A stretch of 64,000 nt of DNA, from the NCBI RefSeq assembly GCF_006345805.1, contig NC_043001.1, positions 74,710,001 to 74,774,000 of the forward strand, given 5' to 3'. The DNA comes from Octopus sinensis (taxonomy: Eukaryota). This document shows, piece by piece, positions 12,520 to 26,870 of the stretch (the stretch's first letter is position 1; the number at the start of each line of letters is the position of its first letter). The notes beneath the pieces are model-generated. The model ran no database searches, had not been told where the DNA came from, and saw only the letters and a program-made list of their open reading frames with translations. The position numbers were made by a program, and so were the translations under genes.

Positions 12520-12950
12520 TCAAATTTAGGCACAAGGCTACCAATGTAGAAAGGAATGTGTTTGTCTATACTAATGACCTTAGTGCATAACTCATACTTT
12601 ATCTTATCGGCCTCCAAACCAGAAGAAAGAAAGGCAAAGTTAAGAACAGTATGGTACTGAAACTCAGAGCGTAAAAAGCCGGAGCAAATACCATATGTTA
12701 TTTTTTCCGGCGTTGTAGTATTTCTGTTAATCCTCCACCCTTTCAGTGATTATTTCCAATTAAGCACGAGCCCAATAATTTTGTGTTAATCCATTAAATT
12801 GACCACAATTCGTTACTGGTATTTGGCTTTTATCGACCCCGGAGGAATAGAAGTGAACCTAAGGGTAATTTGAACTCTGAACATAAGGATTCGGAACTAA
12901 ATATTGCATGTTATTTTATACGGCGCTGCAGCAATTTCGCCAGAACCTTA
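12520..12950 (-). mobile_element. Degenerate SINE family 2 copies
   Basis: aaaggcaaagt, tttgaactc.gaac and ttatcgacccc motifs shared with 61270-62110. Confidence 0.55.
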
Positions 12951-13598
12951 TATGTATATTTTTTTATATAACTTAAAAATACATATTTATATATATATTT
13001 TGTCGCCAGGCGCCATATTGGCACAGTACATGCCTATATCTGAATTCAATTCAGCTTCCTTCTATATTTGTATCAACTGAAATGCAAATGATACAAATGT
13101 AGAAGGAAATCAATAAAAACCAGTTCCAAATGAGATTCTTTACAAAATGAGAGTGTTAAGACAAAATTAACCTATGATCTTACACACTAGAAAAGCGTAT
13201 AAAATAGCCAAGGGAAGTTACCTCGTACCTTTATTCTTTGAATTATCTCTCTTGTCAGAAGTTACGCTTAAACTGACAATGATATATTTAAAACCTGATA
13301 TATTTTGGTTTAGCCTTAAGTCATGATCAGCCTAGTTAAGCAGCCATATGATCAAAGGCGAACTGGTTATAGCCACCCTGTCTTTTGCATATCCTCGTGC
13401 GTACTCACACACACAACATGGCAACACCCTTAGTGCTGAAAAATATAGAAGAATAAAAGAATAAACACACACGCACACATAAATGTAGGTATATCTATAT
13501 CTATCTATCCAATACACGCGCGGGCCCACATGTATGTACATATATCTGTTATCTGTCTGTGTATCTCTCTGTCTCTTTGCTATATGTAGAGAGATAGC

Positions 13599-13640
<42 letters not shown>

Positions 13641-13643
<3 letters not shown>

Positions 13644-14039
13644 GAGTGGCTGTGTGGTAAGTAGCTTGTTTACCAACCACATGGTTCCGGGTTCAGTCCC
13701 ACTGCGTGGCATCTTGGGCAAGTGTCTTCTGTTATAGCCCCGGGCCGACCAATGCCATGTGAGTGGATTTGGTAGACGGAAACTGAAAGAAGCCTGTCGT
13801 ATATATGTATATATATATGTGTATGTGTTTGTGTGTCTGTGTTTGTACCTCTAGCATTGCTTGACAACCGATACTGGTGTGTTTACGTCCCCGTCACTTA
13901 GCAGTTCGGCAAAAGAGACTGATAGAATAAGTACTGGGCTTACAAAGAATAAGTCTCGGGGTCGATTTGCTCAACTAAAGGTGGTGCTCCAGCATGGCTG
14001 CAGTCAAATGACTGAAACATGTAAAAGAGTAAAAGAGTA
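13641..14039 (+). mobile_element. tRNA-derived SINE family 1, near full-length
   Basis: A-box TGGCTGTGTGG, B-box-like GGTTCAGTCC, internal (TA/TG)n and a (GTAAAAGA)n tail. Further copies at 1, ~9000, 22835, ~30610 and ~37240. Confidence 0.9.
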
Positions 14040-14042
14040 TAC

Positions 14043-14096
<54 letters not shown>

Positions 14097-14097
<1 letters not shown>

Positions 14098-15432
14098 CAC
14101 CACTCATCTTTTGCTTAGCCTTAATACCTCTCTCAAAATTGCTCAATGACGCACAGTACGGATATAGAACGACTTTATCTGCCAAGAAAAGAGGGAGGCC
14201 GTGGACTTTTACAACTGGCAATACCAATGAAGATTGCTACAATTGGCCTAGACACCTACCTGAAAAACTCTGAGGACTGGATGTTAAAACTTGCTTCAAA
14301 ACATGAAAACAAGAAAGCATCATACTCAGTAACAAAACAGGCAAAGGAATATCTAAGTGAATTCCGAATACAACAATTTTCGGAATTAGACACACAAGGA
14401 ACAAACACAGAAAAAGCTAAGCGCATGAAAACTCGTGCTAAAACTGCTGCCTTAGATATTCTGAATGGTAAATGGCAAGAAAAACCTCTCAATGGCAAAT
14501 ACCCAAAGAGAGTGAATAATGCAGATGTTGACAAAGCCCTGACCCATCAATGGCGAATGGCCTCTGGCTTAAAATCTGAAACAGATGGGTTTATCATAGC
14601 AGCTCAAGATCAATGCCTACCTACAAGGAACTACTAGGCCAATATATATTAAAGAACGGCAGTAGCCCAACATGTCGTGTATGTCAACAACAAAATGAAA
14701 CCATAGATCATGTTATCTCCAAGTGCAGTCTTCTTGCGCCTAAAGAGTATCTCAACAGGCATAATAGAGCTGCACAATATATTCACTGGGTAATTTGCAA
14801 AAGCCTCAACTTGCCCCATGATAAAAACTGGTGGGAACACAAACCACCTCCAGTGCTTGAAAATGACCACATCTCACTCCTCTGGAACTTCACCATTCAA
14901 ACTGACAGAAAGATAAACACGAATAGGCCAGACATCATAGTAAAAGACTTCAGACAAAAAACATGCCTCCTCATTGATATGACTGTCCCAATCAATAAAA
15001 ACGTATCTGTCAAGACCTACCAGAAACTGAGCAAATATAAAGATCTTGAAATAGAAATCAGCATAATGTGAAACCTGAAGTCTAAAACAATACCTGTTGT
15101 CATAGGTGCTCTGGGAATGATAGCAAAAGGGGCTGATTGCTACCTAACTCAGATACCAGGAAACCCCAAAATGGCAGAAATTCAAAAGATAGTGCTCATG
15201 GGAACTGCTCATATCCTACGCAAAATACTTTCTATGTAATCTCAAATTTTAAAACAAACATAATTTTCGTATGGTCTTTTTAGACATTCACTAGTACAAT
15301 ACTAAGTACAAAACCAAATATATGGCACAGTAGGCATAACACCAACATGAACTTCCAACTTGTTGTCTCTTGAGGTCTCTGGGTGAGACTTGGAGCCAGC
15401 TTGTGCAAATGTAAAGCGAAAGTCAAACATAG
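14097..15432 (+). mobile_element. R4/Dong-type LINE family A, 5'-truncated and internally deleted
   Basis: High identity to 38680-40612. CRVC..H..C knuckle, RHN, RPD..D and K..KY restriction-like endonuclease motifs; (TAA)n on both sides. Confidence 0.92.
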
Positions 15433-15436
15433 AATA

Positions 15437-15474
<38 letters not shown>

Positions 15475-15475
15475 G

Positions 15476-17475
<2,000 letters not shown>

Positions 17476-18223
17476 GATGAAGAAGAAGAAGAAGAAGAAG
17501 AAGAAGAACAATAACAACAACAACAACAGCAGCAGCAACAACAACATCGAATAATACCTTATGAATGAGAACCTAGGTTCGAAATTTCCCCAAGACATCT
17601 GATGAATGCTAGAGGTTATATCTGCCAAAATGTTGTGTTAACAACAAACAAGATGAGGACAAATATCCGTTGAATGTAAATAATGTACATAATTCCTCGT
17701 CTCTGAAATATAGAACTGTGTTGAGGAACTAGAAGAGAAGCTTCGACTTGGTCATTTAACTAGTCATTCAAGTCAACGCTAGAAGTAAAATGACCAACTT
17801 TGGTTTCAATATGAAAGTGTTTTTCTGTCAGGATAATTTTCGGTCACATACAGCAAGGACGACATTCCAAAAGCTGGAGCAGCTTGAATGGAAAATGATG
17901 CCTCACCCACCATATTCTCAGGACATTGCCCCCTCTGATTACCATTTATTCCAGTCTTCAAAATCTTTTGGACAGAAAAAATGAATTCTGTAGATGAGGT
18001 CAGAACAGTACTGGAGGAGTATTTTTCATCATGGATAAGTGAATTTTGGAAGAGGTATCTTGCAAATCTACCAGATAAAATGGATGGAAGAGCATTGTAG
18101 AAAATGAAAAATAGTATATTTTGGATTAAAAAAGAACTATATATATATATATATATATTATGTGAAATAGAAAGATGAATAATCTTGTAGTAGATTAATC
18201 AAAAATTTCTTCAATTCACCAAT

Positions 18224-18261
<38 letters not shown>

Positions 18262-18266
<5 letters not shown>

Positions 18267-18714
18267 AGAGGAAAAATTATAATAAGGCAGAATGCTAAAT
18301 TGAAAGTAACTTTTAATAAAAATGGGTGTATGAAAAATAAAAAATAAATTTAAAAATTAAACCTGTTTTCATTGCAAGGCAAATTTTCAGGATTTGGAAG
18401 AGGAAAAAGAAATTTACAATGTTTTTTCAAAAAAATAATTTTTGTATATATGTATTATTATTTTTTTGAAAAGACATTGTAAATTTCTTTTTCCCCTTCC
18501 TCAATTTAAAAAAAAAATTTTCCCCTTACAAATCCTGAAAATTTGCCTTGCAATGAAAACCGGTTTGATTTATTATTTTTTCTTTTTTAATTTTTCATAA
18601 ACCCTTTTTATTAAAATTTACTTTCAATTTAGCATTCTGCCTTATTATAATTTTTCCTCTCCTATCATTTATCCACGTGCAGTTAACACAACCCCACTAT
18701 TTACTGACTTATAA
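18262..18714 (+). mobile_element. Inverted-repeat element with degenerate hammerhead, between (TA)n tracts
   Basis: Arms ~18262-18440 and ~18455-18665 plus a ~48-nt unpaired tail; AAATC-CTGAAAA-t-TTGC/GCAA-t-GAAA-ACCGGT-TT-GATTT at 18530-18571. Confidence 0.6.
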
Positions 18715-18888
18715 ATATATATATATATATATCATCATCATCATCATCCTCATTTAACGTCCGCTTTCCATGCTAGCATGGGTTGGACGGTTCAACTGGA
18801 GTCTGGGGAGCCCGAAGGCTGCAATATATATATATGTATATCATTCTGTCTGTATTGTATGTCTGCAATGTCTGTCTGTCTGTCTGTC

Positions 18889-18936
<48 letters not shown>

Positions 18937-19831
18937 CAGATAGACAGACAAACGGACAGACAGACAAGCAGGCAGATAGACAGACAGATCAATTGTATCA
19001 CCTGCAGTCCCAAAATATATATGCCTTTTAAATTTAACAAATTGCCCTTGAATACTATCAGATTGTCATCTCAACTAATTATGTAATAATTAAACATGCA
19101 TATGTGCCCTCAGTACAAGCTGTGCTTAATTAATTTCCATGTAAAATATTTGTGTTGTTCCATTTTACTGTAGTTCAACATATTTTTTAGATTAGTCAGA
19201 GAAAGAAGGTCAATTCCCATGACAGTTGTGAAACTGGTGGAGGCAAAGGGTGAAAGTGATAGCCAGCCCAGAACCCTTTTTAGCAAAATGGATCCAACTA
19301 AAAGTACTTAGTGAAGTCACCTCTGGTGGTTAAGTCAGAGTTTAAGCACCATGTTAAACTCTGGTTTAACCACTGGGTTTTAAATCAGTGTTTAATCCTT
19401 TAGCATTCAAACTGGCTATATCAGGCCAACATATTTAACTGGCCAGATCTGGGCTCTAGCCACAATCCTACAAAGCCATTCTAAAACTAAACAATCACAT
19501 CATCGAAATCTCTAAACTTCAAGATAGTGCATGGTTAATTTGACAGAATAATCTGAACACCCCAGGGGCGTGAAACTGGGTTATGAATAAAGCTTGCTAC
19601 ACAAGAACTGAAGCATTACTTCTAATGAGCTCTCACACAGGTTTTGTTGACTTGAGACTATCATATTAGGCAGGAGAGAAGTCTTGTCATATTTCAAGAT
19701 GGGAAAGAAACAAATGCTTCTTTCATCTTAATTGATATATATTTAATTAAGATAATATTTTTTGTCATTATTGATAATATCATCTCATCTTACATTATTT
19801 ACATTTGACGGATATTTGTCCTCATCATGTT

Positions 19832-19877
19832 AACACAACGTTTCAGCTGATATACCCTCCAGCCTTCTTCAGGTGTC
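19832..19877 (-). ncRNA. Minimal type I hammerhead ribozyme (core intact)
   Basis: Minus strand: GACAC-CTGAAGA-a-GGCTG-loop-CAGCT-GAA-ACGT-T-GTGTT. Helix I GACAC/GTGTT; palindromic ACGT in place of helix III. Confidence 0.75.
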
Positions 19878-20595
19878 TTGGGGAAATTTGAACCTGGGTT
19901 CTCATTCCTAGGGTATTTTTCGATATTATTATTATTACTGCTATTATTATTATTATTGCTAGTGTTCAAGTCACTGCTTGGAATCGAACTCGGAATCTTG
20001 GGGTTAGTAGCCTGTGCTCGTAACCACTACGCCATATGCCTGTGGGCAATTATGGAGTGAATTTTTAGGGCTTATAAATCCAATATTCTATCTTCTTTAA
20101 TACTGGTTTCCATATGCTATTCATATCTGCACTTGGTCTGTTTAGGAGGTTGTTGTGTCCTAGTGTATGTGCTGCTTTTAGTTTTCGTATTTTCCAGTGG
20201 TATTCTCTGTATATTATTTTAACTTCATCCCACAGGGGAGGTGGTCTCCATTTTTCCATACATGACCAGCTATACCTGATTTATCAATATCTCCTCGTGT
20301 CACAGCTTTGCGATGTTTGTCTACCCTTATTTTGAGGGGGCAGCATGTTTTGCCTTTGTATAACCTACCACAGTTGCATGGGATGGAGTACATGCAGTCT
20401 TTGGTCATATTCTCTTCTATTGGTGGTTTTTTCGAAGGAGATATTTGCGAAGTGTTGTATTACTCTTAAATATTGTTCTGATGTCATATGGGCCACGTAT
20501 CTTTTGTATCTTTTCAGTGAGGCCTTTCACATAGGGTAGACAGACAGTGGACTGTTTATTGACCTCAACCTCTCTCTCAGCCTTCCACTCTAATT

Positions 20596-21084
20596 ATGAA
20601 GAAGCAAGAGGATGAGGCCAATAAATTGTCCACAGTCTGTCTACCCTATGTGAAAGGCCTCTCCAAAAAGATACAAAAGATATGCAGCCCATATGACATC
20701 AGGACAGTATTCAAGAGTAATACAACACTTCACAAATATCTCCTTCGAGCAAAACCACCAATAGAAGAGAATATGACCAAAAACTGCGTGTACTCCATCC
20801 CAACTAGCTGTGGTAGGTTATACAAAGGCGAAACATGCCGCCTCCTCAAAATAAGGGTAGAGAAACATCACAATGCTGTGACACGAGGAGATATTGATAA
20901 ATCAGGTATAGCTGGTCATGTATGGAAAAAGGGAGACCACCTTCCCCTGTGGGATGAAGTTAAAATAATAGACAGAGAACACCACTGGAAAATACGAAAA
21001 CTAAAAGAAACAGTACATATGCTAGGACACAACAACCTTCTAGGCAGATCGAGTGCAGAAGCAGCATATGGGAACTGGTATTAA
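20596..21084 (+). pseudogene. PLE GIY-YIG endonuclease domain fragment
   Basis: VY.IP..CG..Y.GET motif, the conserved Arg and the downstream R..KE helix. Confidence 0.85.
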
Positions 21085-21141
21085 GGAAGGATACAAAAAT
21101 ATTAGATTTATAAGCCCTAAAATTCACTCCATAATTGCCCA

Positions 21142-21220
21142 CGGGCATATGGCATAATGGTTAAGAGCGTGGGCTACTAAACCCAAGATTCCAAGTTTGA
21201 TTCCCAGCAGTGACTTGAAC
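21142..21220 (+). promoter_or_regulatory. tRNA-like Pol III head inside the PLE terminal repeat
   Basis: A-box TGGCATAATGG (TGGCGTAGTGG in the copies at ~20030 and 30173), anticodon-arm-like GGG-CTACTAA-(A/C)CC and B-box-like GTTYGATTCC, ~60 bp after the GIY-YIG stop. Confidence 0.7.
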
Positions 21221-22570
21221 ACTAAGAACAACAACAATGATAATAGCAATAACATTAAAAAATACCTCAGGAATGAGAACTCAGGTTCGAAATTTCCCCA
21301 AGACACCTGAAGAAGGCTGGAGTGTATATCAGCCGAAACACTGTGTTAACAACAAACAAGATGAGGACAAATATCCGTTGAATGTAAATAATGTACATAA
21401 TCGCTCATCTCTTAAATATGGAACTGTATTATCATCTCATCTGTTATTCCCCTAGGTGTAAAATTCTTTAAGTTTCAAAGCAAAGAAACACTCAATATCA
21501 TTTTTAACCTCTTCACAATTAATAAACTGTTTTCCTCTCTAAATAATATTGCTATGAATTTTCCTCAACTATAGTTTTACAGAAACGCAATATTGGTAGA
21601 ACTTGGTCTTTGAGATAGAGGGAAATCTATGAGAGAAACATTTCTCCAGTGAAACTGGCCACAACACTTCACATATCTGGACACTTAGAGCTTCATTTAA
21701 ATAGACTGAACAAATATTTCTTGGGTTTGATCTAAATTCATTTTAAAAGGTAATAATCTGTAAAAAGAAAGAAAAGAAAAAAAAGAAAAGAAAAGAAAAA
21801 AGAAAGAAAATGAAATAACATTAGAATCCAAAAATTGATGCTTATTTTACTGTAAGTATTGAAAAAGTACTCCCAAATTGATCATTCAAATATGTGAAAG
21901 AGATACTTTATAACCTCATAGAAAGCAGTCAAGGCTCCAAAATGAGGGATTAAACTCAAAATCATAGTCACAAAGTGAATCTTTTAATCACATGGCCATT
22001 GACTAAGCTATACTTACATAGTGTTGTATGTTGACACATTGAAAACCTATTTCATTTATTACTTTGTGGTGCCAATTGCGACTGAGTAAAAACCAAAAGA
22101 ATTTCTAATTTAAGAGACTTGCTTAATTTGTCGATCATTACAAACCCAAATAAGTTGATATTAAAATGATCTCAAGTACTATTTTGAACATAGATATATA
22201 ATGGTTATATCAGCAACCACAAGACTATTATTATTCTCTGTTGTTACTCTTAGTCATAGTTCTGCAATAATTTTCACAACTTATTATCCATTACCCCATA
22301 TCATTAACCTAATTATGACCTCTCTAATTATTTTCATGTTATATTTTCTATCTTCACTTGTATTTACCCGCTCTTCTATCTATCTCGGAGATTTCTGTCT
22401 GTCTGTCTATCTGTCAGTTGGTCTATCTGTCTATCTAATTTTCTTTCTTTCTTTCTTCCTTTCTTCCATCATTCCTCTCTATCTATCTATTTGCCTGTCT
22501 GTCTGTCTCAATCTCTATCTTGTCTGTCTGGCAATCTGTTAGTCAGTCTATCAAACTTTCTGCCTGTCTG

Positions 22571-22633
<63 letters not shown>

Positions 22634-22834
22634 GTCTGTCTGTCTGTCTGTCGGTCTGTCTATCTGTCTGCCTGTCTGTCTGTCTGTCTACTTATCTGTC
22701 TGTCGGTCTGTCTGTCTGTTTTAGTCTCTATCTTATCTGTCAATCCGTACATTTGTCTAGCTGTATATCTATCTATCTATCTATCTATCTAATTTCTTTC
22801 ATTCTTCTTTTCTTTCTTCCTTCCTATCAATGAA

Positions 22835-23199
22835 TCCGGGTTCAGTCCCACTGCGTGGCACCTTGGTCAAGTGTCTTCTACTATAGCCTCAGACCAACCA
22901 AAGCCTTGTGAGTTGATTTGGTAGACAGAAACTGAAAGAAGCCCATCCTATATATGTATATTATATATAAATGTATGTGTGTATATGTTTCTGTGTCTGT
23001 GTTTGTCCCCCCAACATCGCTTGACAACCGATGTTGGTGTGCTTACGTCTCCGTAACTTAGCGGTTCGGCAAAAGAGACCGATATAATAAGTACTAGGCT
23101 TACAAAGAATAAGTCCTGGGGTCGATTTAGTTGACTAAAGGCGGTGCTCCAGCATGGCCACAGTCAAATGACTGAAACAAGTAAAAGAGTAAAAGAGTA
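22835..23199 (+). mobile_element. SINE family 1, 5'-truncated
   Basis: Colinear with 13687-14039. Confidence 0.88.
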
Positions 23200-23403
23200 A
23201 TATATATATAATAATATTAGGGAGTATGGCTCCAAACTTACAGGGTAAAAATCGATTTAGAATTAAATCAAATTTCACAGTATAAAAAAAAATTATATAT
23301 ATATTATATATTATATTAATTGTATTTATATTATTTGTTATTTATGTATTGGTTTATGTCTTCCACTGTTTGAGTTGCATAATAGTGGTTTTATCTCTAA
23401 TTC

Positions 23404-23437
<34 letters not shown>

Positions 23438-23831
23438 CCCATCTGTATGTGCATATCTATTTGTTCCTGCCACACATCACTTAACAACTGCTGTTGGTTT
23501 GTTTACCCCCCTAAAAAAAAATAAGTAGTAATGTCAATTTATTCGACTGAACCCTTCAAAGCGATGCACCAGCATGACCTCAATCCAATAACTGAAACAA
23601 GTAAAAGATAGATGATAAAATATAAACAGCATAATTCAAAGAGTTCTGAACAATTTTCTTACCGAAAACAACAATGACTGTTTCACTGTCTGAATCTAGG
23701 TCGTTCATCTCCGTTGTGGTCAACCACAAACTTCATTGATATAACAGGCGAATCGATGAAGATAGCTCTAAATGGTCGCTTAACCGTTAAACTGCGGGAA
23801 ATGGTTGCATGAGTGTGTCATAATACATACA

Positions 23832-23867
<36 letters not shown>

Positions 23868-25639
23868 TGTATATATAGACAAAAATAAAGTGATAATTAT
23901 CTCCTTTCCCTTAGGGTAATTTTGATACTTATTTTCATTTTAAATAAGTTTAAAAACTATAATTGTTATTTTTTCGCACACTTACACGTATTATCTCATT
24001 ATCGAAAAGTGTTTTAAAATATTTACTTTCTTTTGATGATGGCTGTGTCCATATAAACTATTTGAAACATCAAGTGTTATGCTCTGCTCTTCTCTAATGG
24101 ATCATTAATTGATGATGTTCGCCTTCTAAGGGTTAAAATAGCTGGTAAATCTCTCTTGAAAAACACACTGTTGTCCTTAGGTAAGAAAGGACGTATTGTT
24201 TATGTAGTCCAGAGTTTACTATACCTAGAAAGAAATCGAGGTGGTCACGGCTGGAACTTTTTCTGATTAGAGGTTTTCCCAATCAGGATCGTCATTGAAG
24301 GTAAACAACAATGATAAAATGAACAAAAAAAATTTAAAAACATCACCAAAAAAAAAAAAAGAAAGCACAAAGGCACAATGAACATTAAACGAAACAGTAG
24401 AACGGATGAGGGTCTCTCTACGAGGACTCTCTACAGGCCAGAAATAGTAGCCATATCACTCTCAAAACATCGCCTCATCCTAACATTTTGTTTAAAAAGT
24501 GAATGACATCTTAGAGAATGTAGTTCTAAATAGTTGGCCTTCAATCGATGGGATGGTCACGGTTGAAGTGTCTCTGAACATGTTCCTGTTTGATTAGATC
24601 AACAAGAACATCAATACAACCACAACAGCTACTACAAAACCACAATAAAGACCATAATCACATCCACCACCACACACTACCTCCGCTACTACCATCACTA
24701 CAACAAAAACAGCTACAAACCCCTCCAACCGCAACTTCAACCACAACCATGATAACTACCAACTCTATCACCCCCACCACCGCACTCTCACTACTGCCAC
24801 ACTCTCACTATCCCCATCATCACCACCTTCACACCACCACCACAACCACCACCACCACTACCATCGAACCCTCAAAATATGTACCAATCTAGATCTGGGG
24901 TAGCTGATAACGACTTAACTCCTTTCCTTAAAATCATTGGCATTGTATGTTAATGGAAAATAATTTTTTAACTAAACAACTAAGGGGGACAACTCCGAAA
25001 ATTTCTTCTGCTTGAAGTTTGAGCACAAAAAATGGTGAAGACAGAGGATATAAGGACCAATCGATCAGTTGATCTGTATCTAATCGCTCCATTGACTGAT
25101 TGCTCAAAGTCGGCTTGACAAAAGCTGTCTTGGGGTTAAGTATGAACAGCGTTTACAACAAAAGAAAAACAACAGAAGCAACAGGAAGCACCATTTGATC
25201 ATATGCAATACGACAGTCATTTGAACTCCAATTACGCTATCTAAACCGTGTTGTTTTTAATTAAACACACCTCATTCAACATACATTTACTCTAGCCAGC
25301 TTATTATAACTTGTTATCTTTGCATGACTAAATACACTTCGCTCTGAATCATCTGCCATTTTCCTTGGATTTACCACTAATTCATATCGCTGACTCGAGA
25401 TAATGCGACACCTTCAATTGTGAACTATGTTATGTTTATCACAGATTGATCTGTGATAACACTGGTCGTCGATCGGTCGAAGAGTCTGCTGGTACCACAA
25501 AAGCATGCTCCAGTGACCACCCACAATACTCAGCTACTCAATGCACTGACCATCACTTGTGTTTCCATGATCGTGCTGCGAGGCAGTGTATTTTTATACA
25601 GATTTACGTACTCATACTCATTAAAATGGGGTATCATGA

Positions 25640-25810
25640 AGAGAAAAATATGATGGTACCTGATCCTAACAAACGGCGCAGATGAATGTATTCTCTTCAA
25701 GAAAAGGCAGAAACGATCAAGAAAGTATGTGACGGTAGAAGCTTCGCTATTTTGGGCCACAAGTTTGGTGTCAATGAATCTACCATTCATTTCAATTACA
25801 AAGTGCATGG
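25640..25810 (+). mobile_element. Possible Tigger/pogo transposase N-terminal HTH remnant
   Basis: KRRR..LQEK.E.IKK and GRSFAILGHKFGVNESTI resemble a CENP-B-type first HTH. Confidence 0.45.
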
Positions 25811-26162
25811 AGATAAAACATTTATCACTTTTTATTTTCTTTTTTCTGGAACTAAAAATCCGTGATAAACGAATAAAGATGTATAAAAAATAGTATAAAC
25901 AGTGGTAAAGTGTCGGATTAAATTGTTTATTTACTACATGTCATTTAATTCTTTACGGTTCGAGGTTCAAATTGCGCTGAAGTATAAGTTGTCCTTCACT
26001 CTCCCTTTAAACAATAAAAATAAGTACCAGATATTAAATTGACACCAACTGACTAAGGCCAATTAGGATACAAGGTGGTGAGTGATTTTCCAAGGTTAAT
26101 GGACCTGTTAGAAATGACAGCTAAATCTTTTTCAATTCATATTATGCTCTGAACAGCCCATG

Positions 26163-26410
26163 GTGAAGGTGCGTGGTCTTGTAGTCGGGTTGTTGCACTT
26201 ACGATCGCAAGATTAGGGTTTCGATTCCCAGACCGGGAAGTGTGTTGTGCTCTTGAGAAAAACACTTCACTTCATGTTGTTCCAATCTGCTCAACTATAA
26301 ATGAGTAATCCTGCTATAGACTGGCGTCCCGTCCAGGGATAATGTTGGTCACTTATGCGCCAGGGAAACCGGGTAAGCGACCTAATGAGTCCTAGAGCTC
26401 GAGACAGTAA
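26163..26410 (+). mobile_element. tRNA-derived SINE family 3
   Basis: GGTTTCGATTCC B-box followed by agaccggg..gttgtg.tcttgag.aaaacact; related copies at 36712-37030 and 43187-43450. Confidence 0.7.
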
Positions 26411-26444
26411 TATCCATGATGATGATGATCTGAGAAATAATCCT

Positions 26445-26870
26445 TTTTACTAAAGGCACAATGTCTGAAATTTTAGGAGAGGGGGACTAGTCGATTACAT
26501 CGACCTCAGTGACTCACTGGTACCTAATTTTCAACCCCGAAAGGATGAAAGGCAAAGTCGACCTCTGCGGAATTTGAACTCAGAACCTCAAGGCGGACGA
26601 AATGCCGCTAAGCATTTTGTCTCGCCGTGCTAATGATTGTTCCAGCTCACCACCTTAATGACAATAATAATAATGATGATGATGATTTCAAATTTTTGCC
26701 ACAAGTGCAGCTTGCGGGAGGGGATTAATTCGATTACATCGACCCTGGTGCGTAACTGGTACTTATTTAATCGTCCCCGAAAAAACGAAAAGCAAAGTTG
26801 ACCTCGGTGGAATTTGAACTCAGAACGTCAAGGCGGACGAAATGCCGCTAAGCATTTCGCCGCCCTAGTG
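26445..26870 (-). mobile_element. Two SINE family 2 copies
   Basis: ccccgaaaggatgaaaggcaaagtcgacct..cggaatttgaactcagaac, the reverse complement of the 56310 copy. Confidence 0.85.

Larger units (their letters stand above)
19791..21427 (+). mobile_element. Penelope-like element 3' part with inverted duplication (GIY-YIG endonuclease, pLTRs)
   Basis: ORF 20596-21084 has LPYVKGLS and CVYSIPTSCGRLYKGET..L..R..KH (PLE GIY-YIG). Mirror copy on the minus strand at ~20065-20570. TSD tatcatctcatct at 19778-19790 and 21430-21442; ~31-nt tail only on the right arm. Confidence 0.92.

Noticed and set aside
19191-19310. Possible exon after ttttag at 19190
   Set aside because: No recognisable protein similarity in any frame and no convincing partner exons.
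24590-24892. Thr/His-rich 100-aa mucin-like ORF
   Set aside because: Degenerate (CAC/CAA/TAC)n low-complexity tract with no splice or homology support.
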